From the NCBI RefSeq assembly GCF_006345805.1, contig NW_021835803.1, positions 1 through 38,686 on the forward strand: 38,686 nt of DNA. Reading direction: 5' to 3'. Positions 35,614 through 38,686 of the stretch are shown here, in pieces. The DNA comes from Octopus sinensis (taxonomy: Eukaryota). The notes beneath the pieces were generated by a model. The model was given only the letters and a program-made list of their open reading frames with translations. It did not search any database and had not been told where the DNA came from. The translations under genes and the position numbers were made by a program. Numbering within the stretch: position 1 is the first letter of the stretch; every line of letters starts with the position of its first letter.

Positions 35614-36420
35614 TTTGATACTTTGATACTTTGATAGGTTCGGCCATTATTGGCCCAGGCCATTGTCTAACTTAATAGCACCACCTGGTGAAGTCTTTCA
35701 AGTCAGGAATTGGGCACTATGGCCCACTCAAGTAGAGAGTTTTGTTTACAGAGACATATCCGGGTTGTAGGGGGTTTATCCGGGATTTCTTGAAGGAATC
35801 TGTCCAAAGACTTCTTGAACCCTATGGGTCAGTTTCTGTTTTAATGGGTTTTGGTGTAATGTTAAGAGAGCGGGGCCAATTGAGTGAAATAATTGTGCCG
35901 TATTGTTGTTATGAGAGATGAGAGTGCGATTTTTGTTTTGGGCGGATGGCACGGGGGGCCCAAGCCTTGGATGTACCTAAAGGTGATGCCAACATCATTT
36001 GGGCAATGCTGATGGAATATTTTCCACATCATGCAGATGATGTAGCGCTCACGACGACGTTGGAGAGAATAGAGTTTTAGCTTTTCTAGTCGACCCCAAT
36101 AGTCGAGGCCTGTCATGCCATCTATTTTTTTTGTGATTGCCCTTTGAGGTGCTTCAACTTTTATGATACCTTGTATGTGTGGGGAGACCACAGTGGACAA
36201 CAGTATTCAAGGATGGGGTCGGGCAAAAGTGGAGAAGAGAAGGATATGGTGTGGATATCTCTCGACTGGAAAGTTATGAGAATCCAGGAAACACATTCTG
36301 CGGGCCATGTCAACTTTGGTGGTTACATGAGTGGCCCAGCTTACGTTGTTGTCCACAATTACTCCCAAGTCTCTGATTGTGTGGACGCCGCGAGAGTTTC
36401 ACCTGAAGGAAGGGAGTATG
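35611..36420 (-). mobile_element. CR1/L2 family A 3' fragment with a (TATCAAAG)3 tail
   Basis: LDYWGRLEKLKLYSLQRRRERYIICMMWKIF; terminus ggtggtgctattaagttagac..ggccaataatggccgaacc(tatcaaag)3; TA runs on both sides. Confidence 0.9.
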
Positions 36421-37079
36421 GGAGTTTTATATATATATATAATATATATATATATATATTTTAACTGACAGTTGAATTCTTGGCAACTTTAGTACTTCTT
36501 AGAATGCTACAACTTGAACTTTTAGAAAATCTTTTTGACCAATCCGCATGAAACTTAAACATCAATTCGGGCATTTAATGCAGCAGATCAAATTTCTGCT
36601 TTTGCGGTTCATATCTGCATTTGAGAAAATATATCTACCCGCATGCATCCGTTATCATTACATTTGGATACTGTGAATGTCTTATCCTGTTTATTCATGT
36701 TGAATTTTTGCCTTTAGGTTATGTGGTTGCCTCTTGCTTAAGATAAGTGTTTGATTAGTTATGTATATTTTTTAATTTTTCAATTTGTTTTATGATTGAC
36801 AAATTTGTTTTAATGATGTTAAAAATGTGTTGGTGGTGCCAATTGTGTGTTACTAGAAATGCTGTGTATAATATGTGTGTGTGTTGTACGTGTGTGTTTA
36901 CATATATATATAAATGCATGTATGTATGTATTTGTTGTTATGTGTTATGTGCATGGTGTTGTAGATGGGTTTTTTTTGTGTAATTAGAGTAGCATTCAGA
37001 CAAAACGTAAACTGCTAAACTTCTTTCTACTCTCTATAATTTCAAGGTCTTATGTTCCGTTCAAATAAACACACCACAC

Positions 37080-37083
37080 ACAC

Positions 37084-37148
<65 letters not shown>
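37080..37148. repeat. (CA)n-(TA)n microsatellite
   Basis: Visible. Confidence 0.9.
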
Positions 37149-37150
<2 letters not shown>

Positions 37151-38686
37151 ATAAGTTGGCGCGATTACGGGTGGTTTTGAAAATTTAGGGTATATATTCC
37201 CGAGGCACAAATGCTGCTGCCTCGTGTATTATCTATTCTCCTGGCTTCTTTACCGATGACTTGATTAAATTTAATTTAATTTTAATTTAATTAGGCTGGT
37301 TTGCCATAACAAGAACGTCGAAACAATGCATTTTCTAAAGATAAAATAGTTGTAAATGTTTTTTAATTTTCCTTTAATTCTGAAATACTACTATTTAGCG
37401 GTTGGAGTCTTGGCTGCTTTTCGAGTGGGTCGAATGGGCCTATCGGGGCCGTTCCTCAATTTGTTGATATATATATATATATATAATTTTGATTTCAAAA
37501 GATATTTAGTTTATATTATAACTGAGCTTGAGTAATAATATTTTTATACTTCTTGGTATCCTATTTTCCACCAACCCGACCTTCTCAGACAACCATATCT
37601 GTGCTTATACTAATTAACCAGCAGTAATCGGTGGACAATTTTTTCTTTACACCAAAGTTTGCAAATTTTAGTCCAATACTCGCAAAACCAGTTTTTTAAA
37701 TGCACACAAACTACCCAAACATTTCCTCTTTGAGGACACATCTCGTTTTAACCCCTAGTTCTAACATTTTCCTGCAATCCATGCTATACTGTATAACCAA
37801 ACATCTTTCCAACATTGATGTCTTCGTAAAATCTCTCCAAATATCATTTTCTCTCATCTACACAATAGTAACAAATGTTTCTGGTTATTCAACCTCAAAA
37901 TTTCTCATATTCATTCTTGTAACTATATCTCATCTTTCTAATGCTCTTTGAACTTCTACAACCAGTCATTAGTTTTCGACTGTCCTCCGTCTTCTATTAA
38001 GAATACAAGCGCCCACGGCCGCAATGCGCTCAATTTTTCTAGGCTCCAATACGAAACATTTCTGAACTCTCCGCATCAATTAGTAATCTTACGTAACAGG
38101 ATACCTGCCTGATAGATATATGCTCACCCCTTTCTATATCACGTCCAGTTGCTATAATTCTTTCCGTATTTAAAATCAGCCAACCCAGTCGGGTAACTAC
38201 CAGTTTTAAGCTAATGACATTTTGCAACAAGTGCTTCTGACCCTTGACGCATTCAGCTCTTATCACCCACAACAACACATATTAAAGAATTGCTTTAATA
38301 TTTGGGACGAAATAAAAGGCGGTCGTTCAGCTGTTTCGAATGATGCCTGGTTGCGGATAAAAGTTTCGTAAATCACGTCTAAAATAAAGCATTTGCTACT
38401 TGGAAAAATCATCTCAAATCACTTACGTACATTTTTGGGGGGCTTCTTTTATTGATAATATGCATATTTATGGTTCCTTCAACTAGAAAATTCTGTCAGG
38501 TCAGTCAGTACATAACCTCCACGAGCAGTAATGCCATCACTAATTCAAACAATGAATTACAAGTGTTAAATATTCAAGAAACATGAGACGGTAAAGATGC
38601 TATCATGTTACATACAGTGACCTTGTATTTTGTAAATCTTCAGCACCACATCTTCTCCCACCTAATTTATAAAATAAATATTTAAT

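Noticed and set aside
37250-37335. ccgatgac...gtcgaaac hammerhead-like spacing and a CGAGGCA/TGCCTCG hairpin at about 37201-37224
   Set aside because: Stem II closing pair and stems I/III do not form; the hairpin is not followed by a Helitron CTRR end.
37560-38000. Possible very old LINE 3' fragment on the minus strand
   Set aside because: Too degraded for any diagnostic motif.

Overview
AT-rich, repeat-saturated eukaryotic DNA with no intact protein-coding gene that I can support. The mix of (TA)n/(GATA)n/(AAT)n/(GAA)n microsatellites, tRNA-derived SINEs and LINE fragments looks like coleoid cephalopod (Octopus-type) intergenic or intronic DNA; this is inferred from memory of repeat families, not from a search. 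Most six-frame ORFs are translated microsatellites or antisense to transposons. Recognisable elements: (1) a 5'-truncated R4/Dong-clade RLE retrotransposon (4102-6982) in an (AAT)n tract, followed by a probable 3' stub of a second such family; (2) six copies of one CR1/L2-group LINE family, mostly beside TA-rich microsatellites, plus a second CR1/L2 family whose 3' tail is shared with two SINEs; (3) an internally deleted Mariner, a hAT MITE, an RTE fragment, a Penelope-like RT relic and a decayed ORF that may be a DDE transposase. The most notable observations are a hammerhead-ribozyme-like fold at 1187-1224, a 27-nt coding unit repeated seven times at the 5' junction of the R4 element, two whole-length foldback palindromes, a hairpin cluster at 15788-15889 and a covarying LINE/SINE 3' stem-loop. 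I cannot demonstrate a complete new biological system here; the findings are leads.
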